The position numbers were made by a program, and so were the translations under genes. A stretch of DNA of 64,000 bases from Gemmatimonadales bacterium (lineage in GTDB: Bacteria > Gemmatimonadota > Gemmatimonadetes > Gemmatimonadales > GWC2-71-9): assembly GCA_041577295.1 (NCBI GenBank), contig JBFGJG010000001.1, positions 192,001 through 256,000 of the forward strand, in the 5' to 3' direction. Of this stretch, positions 19,393 through 29,924 are shown piece by piece (the stretch's first letter is position 1; the number at the start of each line of letters is the position of its first letter). The notes below the pieces were generated by a model, which ran no database searches, was not told the origin of the DNA, and saw only the letters and a program-made list of their open reading frames with translations.

Positions 19393-20822
19393 GACGACGG
19401 ATTGCCCCGCAACGACGCATGAACTCGGTTGCGGCCGGCTCGCTTGGCCTTGTACAAGGCGGCGTCTGCCGCGGTAAACAGGTTCGCGACCTGACCTACG
19501 CTCTCCGGCACGGACGCCACCCCCACCGAGCACGTCATCTTGAGGTCGCTGCCGTCCCAGTGCAGTGCCGAATCCGCCAACCGGCCGCGAACCCGTTCCC
19601 CGACATCCACCGCCCTTGGGAGCGGGGTATCTGGCAGCCACAGCGCAAACTCCTCACCGCCGATGCGCGCCGCGAGATCGTTCTCGCGCAGGGTTCGACG
19701 GAAGACCTGAGCCACATGCTTGAGCGCGGCGTCGCCGGCGACGTGCCCGTGTCCATCGTTGAACTGCTTGAAGTGATCGAGATCCACGCAGAGCATCGAG
19801 CAGGCCCCTTGAGACCATCGTGCCAGGGCGCGATCGAGCGCACGCCTATTGGGCAAGCCGGTGAGTGGATCGGTCATTGCTCGTGTCTCCGCCGCCCGAA
19901 CCTCCAAGGCGCTGGCGAGCCGCGGCCCGGCATCCACGGTAAGCCACAGAATGCGTTCGAGCGTCCCCGCATCGAGCGAGTCGTGATTCCCAAAGACGAT
20001 CAGGGCGCCGATCCCTTCCCGCCCATCGCGCAGCGGAAACGCCGTGCCCCCGGAGCGGCGGAGACGCCGGTCGCTCCGACTCTGGCCGAGGAGGTCTTCG
20101 AACGTGGGGCCGACAACCGGAATGTCACCGATGCAGGCGCGTCCTACGGCGGAGTCGCTGCTGGCAATTACCCCGAAAAGCATCCGGTCGCCCCCCTGCG
20201 AAACCGCGACGATCGATGTGTTATGGGTCACGCGGTCTCGCAACGCCACTGCCGTGGGTCGCCCCGTCGTCTTCCTTACGGCCTCGGCCAACGCGTGGGC
20301 GAGCCCGTCTGGCGAGTGCGGGGCAATCGCGAGCCAATCCGGTATCCGATGGGCAATTGGTCGCCGGCTCGCCAGCTCGTGGCCGACGCGTAACTCGCCA
20401 AGCAATCGCCGCATCTCATCGCCCAACGCATCGAGTCGCTCGGTGGTCGTATCTGCGTCACCGAGCAAGAGGGCACACCCAAACTCCCCGTCTCCCACGG
20501 CCACCAGCACAACGTCTGTGCGCAGCACGTGGCGGCGCCCGTCCTCCATGGCGAGGCGTGCGGCTGCGGTCGTGCGCTGCGTGCGGGTTGGGTCTGGTGG
20601 CCCATCTGGATCACGCACGACGATGGCGTCACCGCCAAATCCAACGAGAGAGGCCACGGTCCCGCCATAGGCTCGTCGAAAGAGATCGATCACGTGCTCC
20701 TCGGTCCCCAGCAGTGGATCCGGCCCATGAGGATGGGTGCGAGGCCTGCGCCGTCGCAGAACCACCGCCGTTGCGATGACACCAAGGCCAAAACCGAGCA
20801 CTGCGAGCAACAAGCCGATCAT
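19389..20822 (-). CDS. Membrane-anchored diguanylate cyclase (GAF-like + GGDEF)
   Basis: N-terminal TM helix; TDPLTGLPNRR, DLDHFKQFND and GHVAGD; RxxD I-site (REND) 5 aa before GGEEF. Confidence 0.92.
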   Translation of the reverse strand: MIGLLLAVLGFGLGVIATAVVLRRRRPRTHPHGPDPLLGTEEHVIDLFRRAYGGTVASLVGFGGDAIVVRDPDGPPDPTRTQRTTAAARLAMEDGRRHVLRTDVVLVAVGDGEFGCALLLGDADTTTERLDALGDEMRRLLGELRVGHELASRRPIAHRIPDWLAIAPHSPDGLAHALAEAVRKTTGRPTAVALRDRVTHNTSIVAVSQGGDRMLFGVIASSDSAVGRACIGDIPVVGPTFEDLLGQSRSDRRLRRSGGTAFPLRDGREGIGALIVFGNHDSLDAGTLERILWLTVDAGPRLASALEVRAAETRAMTDPLTGLPNRRALDRALARWSQGACSMLCVDLDHFKQFNDGHGHVAGDAALKHVAQVFRRTLRENDLAARIGGEEFALWLPDTPLPRAVDVGERVRGRLADSALHWDGSDLKMTCSVGVASVPESVGQVANLFTAADAALYKAKRAGRNRVHASLRGNPSS

Positions 20823-21574
20823 GGCAGGTGGTTGATGCGCGACGCGGCTGCTGCCGCACCAAATCCGTTATCGATGTTCACGACCGTTACCCCCGAAGCG
20901 CACGAATTGAGCATGGCGAGCAGCGGGGCCACCCCCCCGAAGGACGCACCATACCCCACGCTCGTCGGAACCGCGATCACGGGCACGCGCACCATCCCTC
21001 CGACTACGGAGGCCAGCGCGCCGTCCATGCCCGCCACCACGATGACCACGGACGCTCGATCCAACGCCTCCGTTTGCCGCAAGATACGATGGATGCCCGC
21101 CACCCCCACGTCGTACAGAGTCTCGACGTCGTTGTGCATGGCACCAGCCACCACGGCGGCCTCCTGAGCCACCGGCATGTCGCTGGTGCCTGCACTCACC
21201 ACCAAGATTGTTCCCTTGCCCGTCGTGTTGGGCCGGGGATCCGGCGCCAGATGAACGACCCGAGCGACCTCGTCATACGTGGCCCGGGGAAACCGCTCGC
21301 GCAAAGCCGCTCGGGTTGCACCGTCGGCCCGCGTGGCGAGGAACGCCGCACTCGTCCGGGCCAAGGCCTCGCAGATTTCCACGACTTGCGGTGGGGTCTT
21401 CCCCTCGCACAAGACGACCTCGGGATACCCCTGCACGACGCCCCTCGCATGATCGACCTGTGCGAACTTGAGGTTCTCAATGGGAAATCGGCGGAGGCGG
21501 TCGAGAGCCGCGCTCGGCTGGACAGTACCGCTGGCGACTTCGGTAAGCAGGGAGATGAGCTGTTCCTCTGTCAC
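20819..21574 (-). CDS. larB: LarB / NCAIR-mutase-like protein (nickel-pincer cofactor biosynthesis family)
   Basis: FAQVDHAR...GYPEVV, AGTSDMPVAQEA, DVGVAGIHR, AGMDGAL, AVPTSVGYG and MLNSCASGVTVVNIDNGFGA. Confidence 0.92.
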   Translation of the reverse strand: MTEEQLISLLTEVASGTVQPSAALDRLRRFPIENLKFAQVDHARGVVQGYPEVVLCEGKTPPQVVEICEALARTSAAFLATRADGATRAALRERFPRATYDEVARVVHLAPDPRPNTTGKGTILVVSAGTSDMPVAQEAAVVAGAMHNDVETLYDVGVAGIHRILRQTEALDRASVVIVVAGMDGALASVVGGMVRVPVIAVPTSVGYGASFGGVAPLLAMLNSCASGVTVVNIDNGFGAAAAASRINHLP

Positions 21575-22554
21575 CCGACCGCGGTCGCAGGTTGGAGGTA
21601 ATTGCGGAAAATGCGCTCGACCTCATGCATCGACTCGACCTGATGGAGCCGCTGCCGGAGCTCTGCTGCACCTGGGAGACCGCGCACGTACCAGCCGAGG
21701 TGCTTGCGGAACTCGATCGCCGTGCGTCGAGTGTTGCCCTGGATCTGCGCCTGCAACCGCGCGTGCTGTAACGCCACGGCGAGGCGCTCCGCCGGGGCTG
21801 GCCGCGGGCGGATCGTCTGCTCATCGAGCAACGCCCGGGCTTCCTGAAAGATCCACGGATTCCCAAACGAACCACGCGCAATCATGATCCCATCACATCC
21901 CGTCTCGCGCCACAGTCGGAGAGCGTCCGCCGCAGTCTTGATGTCTCCATTGCCAACGACCGGGATGTCCAACGCCTCCTTTACGGCAGCGATCTCCTCC
22001 CAGACCGCCTGGCCTCGGTACATCTGAGCGCGGGTTCTCGGATGCAGCGTGAGCACGGCGGCCCCCGCATCCTGACAGCGCAGAGCGATCTCGGTGGGTT
22101 GGCGAAGGGTCTCATCCCAACCACTCCGGATCTTGGCGGTCACGGGAAGGTGCGTAGACCGACGAACGGCGTCGATGATTCGCGCGACGAGGCCCAGATC
22201 CTTGAGGCATCCGGACCCCCCATTTCGCTTCACGACCTTCTTCACGGGACAGCCAAAGTTGATATCGATGAAGTCCGGGGCGTAGTGCTCGGTGACCAGC
22301 CGGCTCGCTTCCGCCATGCCGACGGGGTCGGCGCCGTACAGCTGGATCCCGATGGGCCGCTCCTCCTCCGTGAAGTATGCGCCGTCGTGTACGCTCTTGA
22401 TCCCTCGCCGGAGTCCCTCGCAAGACAAAAACTCCGAGACCACCACGTCCGCCCCAAACGAACGGCACAGGCGGCGAAACGGCGGCTCAGACACGCCGGC
22501 CATGGGTGCCAGGAACAGAGGAACCCGATGGTTCACCGGATAAGGGAATAGCAT
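21571..22554 (-). CDS. dusB: tRNA-dihydrouridine synthase B
   Basis: LAPMAGVS, DINFGCPV, KIRSGW, LHPRT, GNGDI and GIMIARG. Start at ATG 22554 (or 22566). Confidence 0.94.
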   Translation of the reverse strand: MLFPYPVNHRVPLFLAPMAGVSEPPFRRLCRSFGADVVVSEFLSCEGLRRGIKSVHDGAYFTEEERPIGIQLYGADPVGMAEASRLVTEHYAPDFIDINFGCPVKKVVKRNGGSGCLKDLGLVARIIDAVRRSTHLPVTAKIRSGWDETLRQPTEIALRCQDAGAAVLTLHPRTRAQMYRGQAVWEEIAAVKEALDIPVVGNGDIKTAADALRLWRETGCDGIMIARGSFGNPWIFQEARALLDEQTIRPRPAPAERLAVALQHARLQAQIQGNTRRTAIEFRKHLGWYVRGLPGAAELRQRLHQVESMHEVERIFRNYLQPATAVG

Positions 22555-22600
22555 GGTGGCGAACATATAACCCGTTGTCAGGAGCCGGGCAACGGGGAGT

Positions 22601-22630
22601 TTGACAGTGGTAACCGGTGCCCATTAGCTT
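22601..22630 (+). promoter_or_regulatory. Putative sigma70 promoter for the PTS IIA gene
   Basis: TTGACA (22601-22606), 18 nt, TAGCTT (22625-22630). Confidence 0.55.
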
Positions 22631-22664
22631 TGGCGCTTCTTTGAGCTTCGACTACTGCCAAATC

Positions 22665-23117
22665 ATGCGCCTCAAGGAATTCTTCTCGCCCGATGCCGTG
22701 AGCATCGACCTTCGGGGAGCGACCAAGGACGACATCATCAAGGAGCTCATCACGCTCCTGAAGCTCGATGCCAAGTCCGAGGCCGTCCTCTTCAAGATCG
22801 TGAAGCGGCGTGAAAACCTCGGCTCCACGGGCATCGGACGAGGGATCGCCATTCCGCATTGCCGCTCGCTGGTCGTCAACCGATTGAGGGTTGCCTTCGG
22901 GCGACGCCGGGAGGCGATCGACTTCAAGGCGATCGACGACAAGCCGGTTCAGTTTTTTTTCCTCATCGTCGCGCCGCCCCTCGAGGTCTCCAACCAGTAC
23001 CTGCCCGTCCTCGGGAAGATCGCGCAATTCGCCAAGGAGCCAGACGTCCCAGAGCGCCTCGCCGCACTGAACAGTCCAGAAGAGTTTTTCGAGCTGCTCG
23101 ACGAAAAGAATCTGTGA
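22665..23117 (+). CDS. PTS IIA (Fru/Ntr-type) domain protein
   Basis: RRENLGSTGIGRGIAIPHCR (phospho-His) and IDFKAIDDKPV. ATG at 22665. Confidence 0.9.
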   Translation: MRLKEFFSPDAVSIDLRGATKDDIIKELITLLKLDAKSEAVLFKIVKRRENLGSTGIGRGIAIPHCRSLVVNRLRVAFGRRREAIDFKAIDDKPVQFFFLIVAPPLEVSNQYLPVLGKIAQFAKEPDVPERLAALNSPEEFFELLDEKNL

Positions 23118-23120
23118 GAA

Positions 23121-24683
23121 CTACTCCCACTCGATCGTGGCCGGGGGCTTGGAGCTGACGTCGTAGACCACGCGGTTGACGCCATCGACTTCGTTGATGA
23201 TACGGTTCGCAATGCGACCCACGACATCGGGGGGAAACGGGAACCAATCCGCCGTCATGCCATCGACGCTGGTCACCGCGCGGAGCGCGATCACGTTTTC
23301 ATAGGTTCGGGCGTCACCCATCACACCGACCGCGCGCACTGGCAGCAGGACGGCGAACGCCTGCCAGATATCGTCATACAACCCAGCTTCCCGAATCTCG
23401 TCGATGTAGATGGCGTCCGCGTGACGCAGAAGATGTAATTCGGGAGACGTCACGGGCCCAAGGATCCGTATTGCCAGCCCCGGACCGGGGAACGGATGGC
23501 GTCCTACGATCTCTTCCGGTAGGCCGAGCTCCCGCCCGACCTGTCGCACTTCGTCCTTGAACAGATCCCGGAGCGGCTCGATCAGCGCGAAGGGAAGATC
23601 CGGCCGCAATCCGCCGACGTTGTGATGCGTTTTGATCGTGGCGGACGGCCCTCCCCTGGGAGAAATCGATTCGATGACGTCCGGGTACAGGGTCCCTTGT
23701 ACGAGGAACTGGACGTCGCTGCCCACTGCCGTCGCTGCATCTTCAAAGACATCGATGAACGTGTGCCCGATGATGCGCCGCTTCTCCTCCGGCTCCTCGA
23801 TTCCGGCCAGGCGCTCGAGAAACGTCTTCGAGGCGTCGATCACCCGGAGATCCATTCCCATATGTCTGCGGAACACCCGCTCCACTTGCTGCCGCTCGTG
23901 TAGCCTGAGAAGGCCATGATCTACGAGGATACACGTCAACCGACTCCCCAACGCCCGGTGCACGAGCACCGCGGCCACGGCAGAGTCCACCCCGCCGGAG
24001 AGACCGCAGATTGCTCGATCGGTTTGACCCACCCGCTCCCGAATCAACCGCACCTGCTCGTCGATGAAGTGGCCCGCGGTCCAGTCCGATGCGCACCGGC
24101 ACACGCCAAACAGGAAATTCGCAAGAATCTCCCGCCCACGCGGCGTGTGGGCCACCTCGGGATGGAACTGGACACCCATCAGACAGCGCTGCGCATCGGC
24201 GAATGCGGCGATGATCGATGCCCGGTCGCTCATGGCGGTGACGGCAAAACCGGGACCCGGCTCCACGACGGTGTCGCCGTGGCTCATCCAGACACTGAGC
24301 TCCTCATCCACATCAAACCCCGCGAACAATGGATCCACGACGGCGACCCTCACGCTCGCGCGTCCGTACTCGCGCTTCCCAGTGTGCTCCACGCGCCCAC
24401 CCGTGTGCTGCGCGATCAGCTGCATCCCGTAACACACACCCAGGGTGGGTATGCCGAGCTCGAGGATGGCGGGATCGAGCTGCGGGGCATCCACGCCATA
24501 TACCGACGCGGGTCCGCCCGACAGGATGATCCCCCGGGGCCGCTGGGCGGCAATCCACGCTACCTCGCACCCCGCTGGTTGAATCTCGCAGTACACGTGG
24601 GCCTCACGGATACGACGCGCGATCAGCTGCGTGTATTGGCTCCCGTAGTCCAAAATGAGAATCCCGCCCTGGAGGTGCGTCAT
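23121..24683 (-). CDS. guaA: GMP synthase (glutamine-hydrolysing)
   Basis: [44 protein letters not shown] and KPPATIEWE. Confidence 0.98.
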   Translation of the reverse strand: MTHLQGGILILDYGSQYTQLIARRIREAHVYCEIQPAGCEVAWIAAQRPRGIILSGGPASVYGVDAPQLDPAILELGIPTLGVCYGMQLIAQHTGGRVEHTGKREYGRASVRVAVVDPLFAGFDVDEELSVWMSHGDTVVEPGPGFAVTAMSDRASIIAAFADAQRCLMGVQFHPEVAHTPRGREILANFLFGVCRCASDWTAGHFIDEQVRLIRERVGQTDRAICGLSGGVDSAVAAVLVHRALGSRLTCILVDHGLLRLHERQQVERVFRRHMGMDLRVIDASKTFLERLAGIEEPEEKRRIIGHTFIDVFEDAATAVGSDVQFLVQGTLYPDVIESISPRGGPSATIKTHHNVGGLRPDLPFALIEPLRDLFKDEVRQVGRELGLPEEIVGRHPFPGPGLAIRILGPVTSPELHLLRHADAIYIDEIREAGLYDDIWQAFAVLLPVRAVGVMGDARTYENVIALRAVTSVDGMTADWFPFPPDVVGRIANRIINEVDGVNRVVYDVSSKPPATIEWE

Positions 24684-24688
24684 GCAGT

Positions 24689-25945
24689 TCACTCCCGCCA
24701 GATGGGGGTCACCGTTTCCCCGCGCATCAAATCGTCCACTCGTTCTCGCTCCCGCACGAGGGCCCAACGACCATCGTCCACCAGCACTTCCGCGGGACGC
24801 GGTCGAGAGTTGTACGTCGAGCTCATCGAGAACCCGTAGGCACCGACATCGAGAACGGCGAGCAACGCGCCGGGCGCGATCCCGGGTAGGTGTCGATCGA
24901 GCCCGAGAAAATCACCGGTCTCGCAGACGGGACCCACGACATCCACTCGCGCCGCGAGGTCACTCGAGGTACACCCACCATCCACGAGGAGAATGCGGTG
25001 CACCGCGCGATAGAGAGCTGGACGCAGGAGATCGTTCATGCCCGCATCGACTACTACGAGTTCCTTTCCACCGGAGTGTTTACGGTAGAGGCACCGCGTG
25101 AGGAGAAGCCCTGCCGTGCCGACGAGAAACCGCCCCGGCTCGATCAAGACCGTAAGACCCACCTGACGGGTCAGCGGACTAACGGCCTGCGCAAACGCCT
25201 CAGCGGTGAGCTCGGCCTCGTCGTTGTACCGGACGCCGAGACCACCCCCGATATCGACCGATTCCAAGGAATCGATCCCCGCTTCCCGCAACAGCTCGAG
25301 AATCTCGCGGAGCACGAGCGCGGCGGCCTCGAAGTGTTTGGGGTCGAGAATCTGCGAGCCGATGTGCATCCCGATGCTGCTGAGCCGGAGCTCTCCTCCG
25401 GTCATGGCGTCGCAAGCCATCGGCACGACCTGATCCACCGGCACGCCAAATTTGATGCCCTTGCCCGCGGTTTGCGTGTAGGGATGGGTTTCTGCTGTGA
25501 CCTCTGGATTCACGCGGATCCCGACGCGGGGCACGACTCCACGCGACCGGGCCGCTTCGCGCAGGGTCTCCAGCTCACCGCGCGACTCGATATTGATGAG
25601 ACCCACACCCGCATCGAGCGCCTCGGTCAGCTCCCCTGCCGTTTTGCCCACCCCGCTGAACACGATCTGGTTTGGAGCGAATCCCGCCCGAAGTGCCCTC
25701 GCCAACTCGCCACGTGACACGATATCCGCACCCGCGCCCAGCTGCCGCAGCAGCGCCAAGATTGCGAGGTTGCTGTTTGCCTTGATCGAATAACAAATCC
25801 GATGCCGCGTGCGTCCGAACGCGTTGGACAGGCGGTGGTACTGGGCGCGAATCTCGCCCGCGTCATAGACATAGACCGGTGTGCCTACATCCCCAGCGAT
25901 CCTGAGCAGCAGCTCGGAGGCGCCGGTCAGTAGGCTTTCGCCCAT
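24689..25945 (-). CDS. lysA: Diaminopimelate decarboxylase
   Basis: [16 protein letters not shown] (PLP Lys), [20 protein letters not shown] and [15 protein letters not shown]. Confidence 0.95.
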   Translation of the reverse strand: MGESLLTGASELLLRIAGDVGTPVYVYDAGEIRAQYHRLSNAFGRTRHRICYSIKANSNLAILALLRQLGAGADIVSRGELARALRAGFAPNQIVFSGVGKTAGELTEALDAGVGLINIESRGELETLREAARSRGVVPRVGIRVNPEVTAETHPYTQTAGKGIKFGVPVDQVVPMACDAMTGGELRLSSIGMHIGSQILDPKHFEAAALVLREILELLREAGIDSLESVDIGGGLGVRYNDEAELTAEAFAQAVSPLTRQVGLTVLIEPGRFLVGTAGLLLTRCLYRKHSGGKELVVVDAGMNDLLRPALYRAVHRILLVDGGCTSSDLAARVDVVGPVCETGDFLGLDRHLPGIAPGALLAVLDVGAYGFSMSSTYNSRPRPAEVLVDDGRWALVRERERVDDLMRGETVTPIWRE

Positions 25946-27372
25946 ATCGCTTCTCCAGTGGCCGCGTCACCACACCACGCACAGACCGTGGGGGCCGGAT
26001 CGGAGCGGAACTCCTCGTCCGGCAGCACGCGAATCGTGGCCTTGGTCTGCTCTTGCACAGCGATCTCGCACTCGCGGTTTCCACAAAAGCCGCCGTACGC
26101 GAAGCCACCGGGGCCGTTCAGGAACTCGATGAGTTGCGGTCTGGTCGCACCACGCAGGGTGTTCTGCTCGCGCCGCGTGCGGGCCGTTGCCAGGAGCTCC
26201 TGTTGGATCTCCTCGAGTCCCTGACGCACAGCGTGAGCGAGGCCCTCCCGCGGCAGGGGCGTTTTCCCCCCCAAGCGACGGGCGAGCACGACCTGTTTCC
26301 GATCAACGTCGCGAGGACCCACTTCGATCCGCAGCGGCACTCCACGCTCTTCCCAGTAGTAGTACTTGGCCCCGGGTTTCATGCCCTCGCGGTCGTCGAG
26401 CTCAACACGAAGCGACGCCTCACGCAGCTCCGCGACGATGCGACTTCCCTGCTCGAGAACGAGCTGTCGTTGCTCGTCTGACCTCCAGATCGGAACGACC
26501 ACGACCTGCGTCGGCGCGAGTCGGGGCGGACAGATGAGACCGCGGTCATCACTATGAGTGAGAATCAGACCACCTACGAGGCGAGTCGAAACACCCCAGG
26601 AGGTACTCCACACGTATTCCATCTCACCCTGTTCGGTCTGAAAACGGACGTTGAAGGCCCGGGCGAAGTTCTGACCCAGATAATGCGACGTCCCGGCTTG
26701 CAGGCCTTTGTTGTCCTGCATCAACCCCTCGAGCGCGTGTGTGCGGACGGCACCGGCGAACTTCTCGGCCTCTGTCTTCACGCCCGTCACGACCGGTAAG
26801 GCCATCCAGTCCTCCATGAACGTTCGGTACACACCGAGCATTTGACGCGCCTCCGCTTCTGCCTCCTCGGCCGTCGCGTGGGCGGTGTGCCCCTCTTGCC
26901 ACAGGAACTCCGTTGTCCGGAGAAATAGACGCGTGCGCATTTCCCATCGCACCACGTTGGCCCATTGATTCAACAGGACGGGCAGATCACGATGGCTCTG
27001 CACCCACTTCGACAACATCTCGTAGATGATGGTCTCCGACGTAGGCCGAATGACGAGCGGTTCCTCCAGCTCCTTCCCACCGCCGTGCGTCACCACCGCC
27101 GTTTGGGGCGAGAACCCCTCGACGTGCTCGGCCTCCCTCGCAAGGAATGACTGTGGAATGAACAGCGGGAAGTACGCATTCTGGTGACCCGTGGCCCGGA
27201 ACATGTCGTCCAAGGCCCCCTGCATCAGCTCCCAAATACGATAGCCTCTCGGCCGGATCACCATGCAGCCGCGCACGGGAGAATAGTCGGCCAACTCAGC
27301 CCGCTTGATCACATCGTTGTACCACGCGCTGAAATCTTCGCTACGCGGCGTAATCGACTGCTCTTGACTCAT
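25927..27372 (-). CDS. proS: Prolyl-tRNA synthetase (archaeal/eukaryote-like type, no INS editing domain)
   Basis: DFSAWY, RPTSET, QWANVVRWE, FLRTTEFLWQEGHT, SWGVSTR and C-terminal AKAY. Confidence 0.97.
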   Translation of the reverse strand: MSQEQSITPRSEDFSAWYNDVIKRAELADYSPVRGCMVIRPRGYRIWELMQGALDDMFRATGHQNAYFPLFIPQSFLAREAEHVEGFSPQTAVVTHGGGKELEEPLVIRPTSETIIYEMLSKWVQSHRDLPVLLNQWANVVRWEMRTRLFLRTTEFLWQEGHTAHATAEEAEAEARQMLGVYRTFMEDWMALPVVTGVKTEAEKFAGAVRTHALEGLMQDNKGLQAGTSHYLGQNFARAFNVRFQTEQGEMEYVWSTSWGVSTRLVGGLILTHSDDRGLICPPRLAPTQVVVVPIWRSDEQRQLVLEQGSRIVAELREASLRVELDDREGMKPGAKYYYWEERGVPLRIEVGPRDVDRKQVVLARRLGGKTPLPREGLAHAVRQGLEEIQQELLATARTRREQNTLRGATRPQLIEFLNGPGGFAYGGFCGNRECEIAVQEQTKATIRVLPDEEFRSDPAPTVCAWCGDAATGEAIWAKAY

Positions 27373-27417
27373 TGGCGTCTCGGTCGCTCCCAGCTGCTAC
27401 GATGAATCGGTGCGGCG

Positions 27418-28710
27418 TCACGAGGTGAGCCGCGTCACGAGCGCATCGAGGGACACGCGCTCCTCGCGCCCGGAGTCGAGCTCGCGCACGGCAACTTGGC
27501 CCGCGGCCCGTTCATCCGGGCCCACCACGACCGCAAAGCGCGCTGCGCGTGCCGCCGCAGTTTTCAGCTGCTTGGTGATCGATTGCTGCTTGAGCGCGAA
27601 CTCGGAGCGCACACCCTCATCCCGTAAACGGTGGGCAAGTCGCAGTACGTGGGGTACGTCCTCGCTGGTGACCGCTACCAGGAATGCGTCTAGCGTGCTG
27701 CGCTGCCCCGCAACGAGTCCGTGTTCTCGAATCAACTCGCCCAATACCACATCCCCCATGCCGAACCCGACGGCGGGGAGATCAGGTCCTCCCAACGCGG
27801 CGAGCAGGCCATCGTATCGGCCACCCCCACAAATGGCACGCAAGGATCCCGCCGCATCGAACAGCTCGAAGACAAGACCCGTATAGTACGCGAGCCCTCG
27901 TACCACCGAGAGGTCGACATCCACGAACGTGCCGAGATCCATTTGCTGGAGCGCGGTAACACACTCGTGCAGGGGCTCCCCTGCCACCGTGAGGTCGCTC
28001 GCGTCACAGTGCTCTCGCAACGCGTCCAACCCCTTGATTTCTCCGATTGCCAGGATGCGATCCGGCAAGCCCGAGCCCGTCTTCAAGCCGAGGTCCTTCC
28101 GCAGCGTCTCGACGAGGTCCGCGCGAGGAGCACGACCCAGCTTGTCGATAGCAGCGTACGCCGCTGGTAGCTGCGCCACCGAAAGTCCCACCCGCTCGAG
28201 CAGTGACTGGGCAACTCGGCGGTCGGAGATACGCACGCGCACGTGTTGCGGACCCAGACCCAAGGCGCGCATCACGTCGATGGCCGCGGCGATGATTTCG
28301 GTGTCCGCCAGGGCACCCAGCTCGCCCAGAATATCCATGTTGAGCTGAAAGTGCTCCCGAAGTCGCCCCCGCTGCTGACGCTCGTATCGGAACAGCTGCG
28401 GGATGGCGAACCAGCGGATGGGCTTCTTCAGCGCGCTACCGCGCGCTCCCACCATCCTCGCCAGCGTCGGCGTCATTTCCGGACGCAAGGCGACGTGTCT
28501 GCCACCTTTGTCCTCGAAGTCGTACAGCTGCGCGACGATCTCCTCCCCACTCTTTCGGGTGTACAGATCCACCGGCTCGAGCGGTGGGCCATCGTACTCC
28601 TGAAAGCCGTACCGCAAGGCCACGTCACGCCAGACGTTCAGGATATGGTTCCGGAGAGCGAGGTCGTCGGGGTAGAAGTCACGAAAACCCGGCAGACCCT
28701 GGATTTGCAT
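27418..28710 (-). CDS. hisS: Histidyl-tRNA synthetase
   Basis: LRPEMT, FRYERQQRGRLREHFQ, VRGLAYYTG, GGGRYD and an anticodon-binding C-terminus. Confidence 0.96.
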   Translation of the reverse strand: MQIQGLPGFRDFYPDDLALRNHILNVWRDVALRYGFQEYDGPPLEPVDLYTRKSGEEIVAQLYDFEDKGGRHVALRPEMTPTLARMVGARGSALKKPIRWFAIPQLFRYERQQRGRLREHFQLNMDILGELGALADTEIIAAAIDVMRALGLGPQHVRVRISDRRVAQSLLERVGLSVAQLPAAYAAIDKLGRAPRADLVETLRKDLGLKTGSGLPDRILAIGEIKGLDALREHCDASDLTVAGEPLHECVTALQQMDLGTFVDVDLSVVRGLAYYTGLVFELFDAAGSLRAICGGGRYDGLLAALGGPDLPAVGFGMGDVVLGELIREHGLVAGQRSTLDAFLVAVTSEDVPHVLRLAHRLRDEGVRSEFALKQQSITKQLKTAAARAARFAVVVGPDERAAGQVAVRELDSGREERVSLDALVTRLTS

Positions 28711-28718
28711 GGCACAAT

Positions 28719-29924
28719 CTACCCGAGCGGCGCGAACCCCGGCAACCGGGCCATCGCATCACCGACCGTGTGAAACGACCCCGTCACGAGCACGGTGGCC
28801 GCGCCGTGCTGTACGCGGGCTAGCGCGTCCTCGAAAACAGGTTCGATGCTTGTCGGCGGGCGGACGTTGCTAGCCACCTGTCTGAGGTCCCATCGCCGCT
28901 CTGGAGGAGCACTTGGTGGCTGGGTTACCCAAAGCCGGTCGCACGTGGTCGCTAGCGTCTCGAGCATCCCCTGCCAATCCTTGTCCCGCAGGATGCCAAC
29001 CAAGGCATGGAGTGGCCGCGGCGGGGGCGTCGTATCGAGAAACCGGGAGAGCGCTTCGATACCTGGCAGATTATGGGCGACATCGAAGATCCACTTCCCT
29101 CGCAGATCGAGCCGGCCGGGGAGTGTGGCCGCGGCGAACGAACGGCGGACAGTCTGAACGTCGGGACGGAAAGAAGCCGGGAGCTCGTCCAGGACGGCGA
29201 GCGCAACCGCGGCGTTCCGCCGCTGGTGATCTCCCCTGAGTGCGAGGGGCTCTTCATAACGCGACCCGGCGGGCACGACGACCGGGCAGGCGCCCACGCG
29301 CTCCGCATGCCCGAGGAGCACAGCCCGCGACTGCTCGTCTTCTTCACCAATCACAAACGGAACACCCGGCTTAGCAATGCCGGCCTTCTCGCGTGCGATG
29401 TCCGTCAGCGACTCCCCGAGGTAATCGGTGTGCTCTCGCCGGACGTGGGTCACACAACTCACGAGGGGATCGAGCACATTAGTCGCATCGAGGCGTCCGC
29501 CGAGCCCGACTTCCACGACGGCGACCGCAGCCCCGCGCGCCGCGAAGTCGGCAAAGGCAATCGCCGTTGTCGCCTCGAAAAAGCTCGCGCCGGTACCTTC
29601 GACGGTATCCCTCAGGGCAACGGTCCACGCCGTGAAGGCTTGCTCGGTCATAGGACGGTCATTCACGATCATGCGCTCCCTGATCGATACCAGGTGGGGT
29701 GACGTGTACAGCGCAACGCTGTGTCCCGCGGCCCGCAGGGTGCGATACACCAGCGCGGCGACCGACCCCTTGCCGTTCGTCCCGCCGATGTGAATGGTCA
29801 CGAAGTGGCGCTGCGGTTGTCCCAGCTGTTCGAGGAGACGCTGGGTAGGACCGAGAGACCACGTGGTGGCCCCGCCGGTGCGTTTCGAGAGATAGGCTAC
29901 CGCAGAATCGAAGGTGAGGCTCAG
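28719..29924 (-). CDS. folC: Folylpolyglutamate/dihydrofolate synthase, probable CTG start
   Basis: HIGGTNGKGS, YTSPHL, EVGLGGRLDATN, EKAGI and DVAHN. The frame stays open upstream of GTG 29801 with a FolC-like N-terminus (LSLTFDSAVAYL...LLEQLGQPQ) back to a CTG at 29924 that overlaps the accD stop. Confidence 0.92.
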   Translation of the reverse strand: MSLTFDSAVAYLSKRTGGATTWSLGPTQRLLEQLGQPQRHFVTIHIGGTNGKGSVAALVYRTLRAAGHSVALYTSPHLVSIRERMIVNDRPMTEQAFTAWTVALRDTVEGTGASFFEATTAIAFADFAARGAAVAVVEVGLGGRLDATNVLDPLVSCVTHVRREHTDYLGESLTDIAREKAGIAKPGVPFVIGEEDEQSRAVLLGHAERVGACPVVVPAGSRYEEPLALRGDHQRRNAAVALAVLDELPASFRPDVQTVRRSFAAATLPGRLDLRGKWIFDVAHNLPGIEALSRFLDTTPPPRPLHALVGILRDKDWQGMLETLATTCDRLWVTQPPSAPPERRWDLRQVASNVRPPTSIEPVFEDALARVQHGAATVLVTGSFHTVGDAMARLPGFAPLG

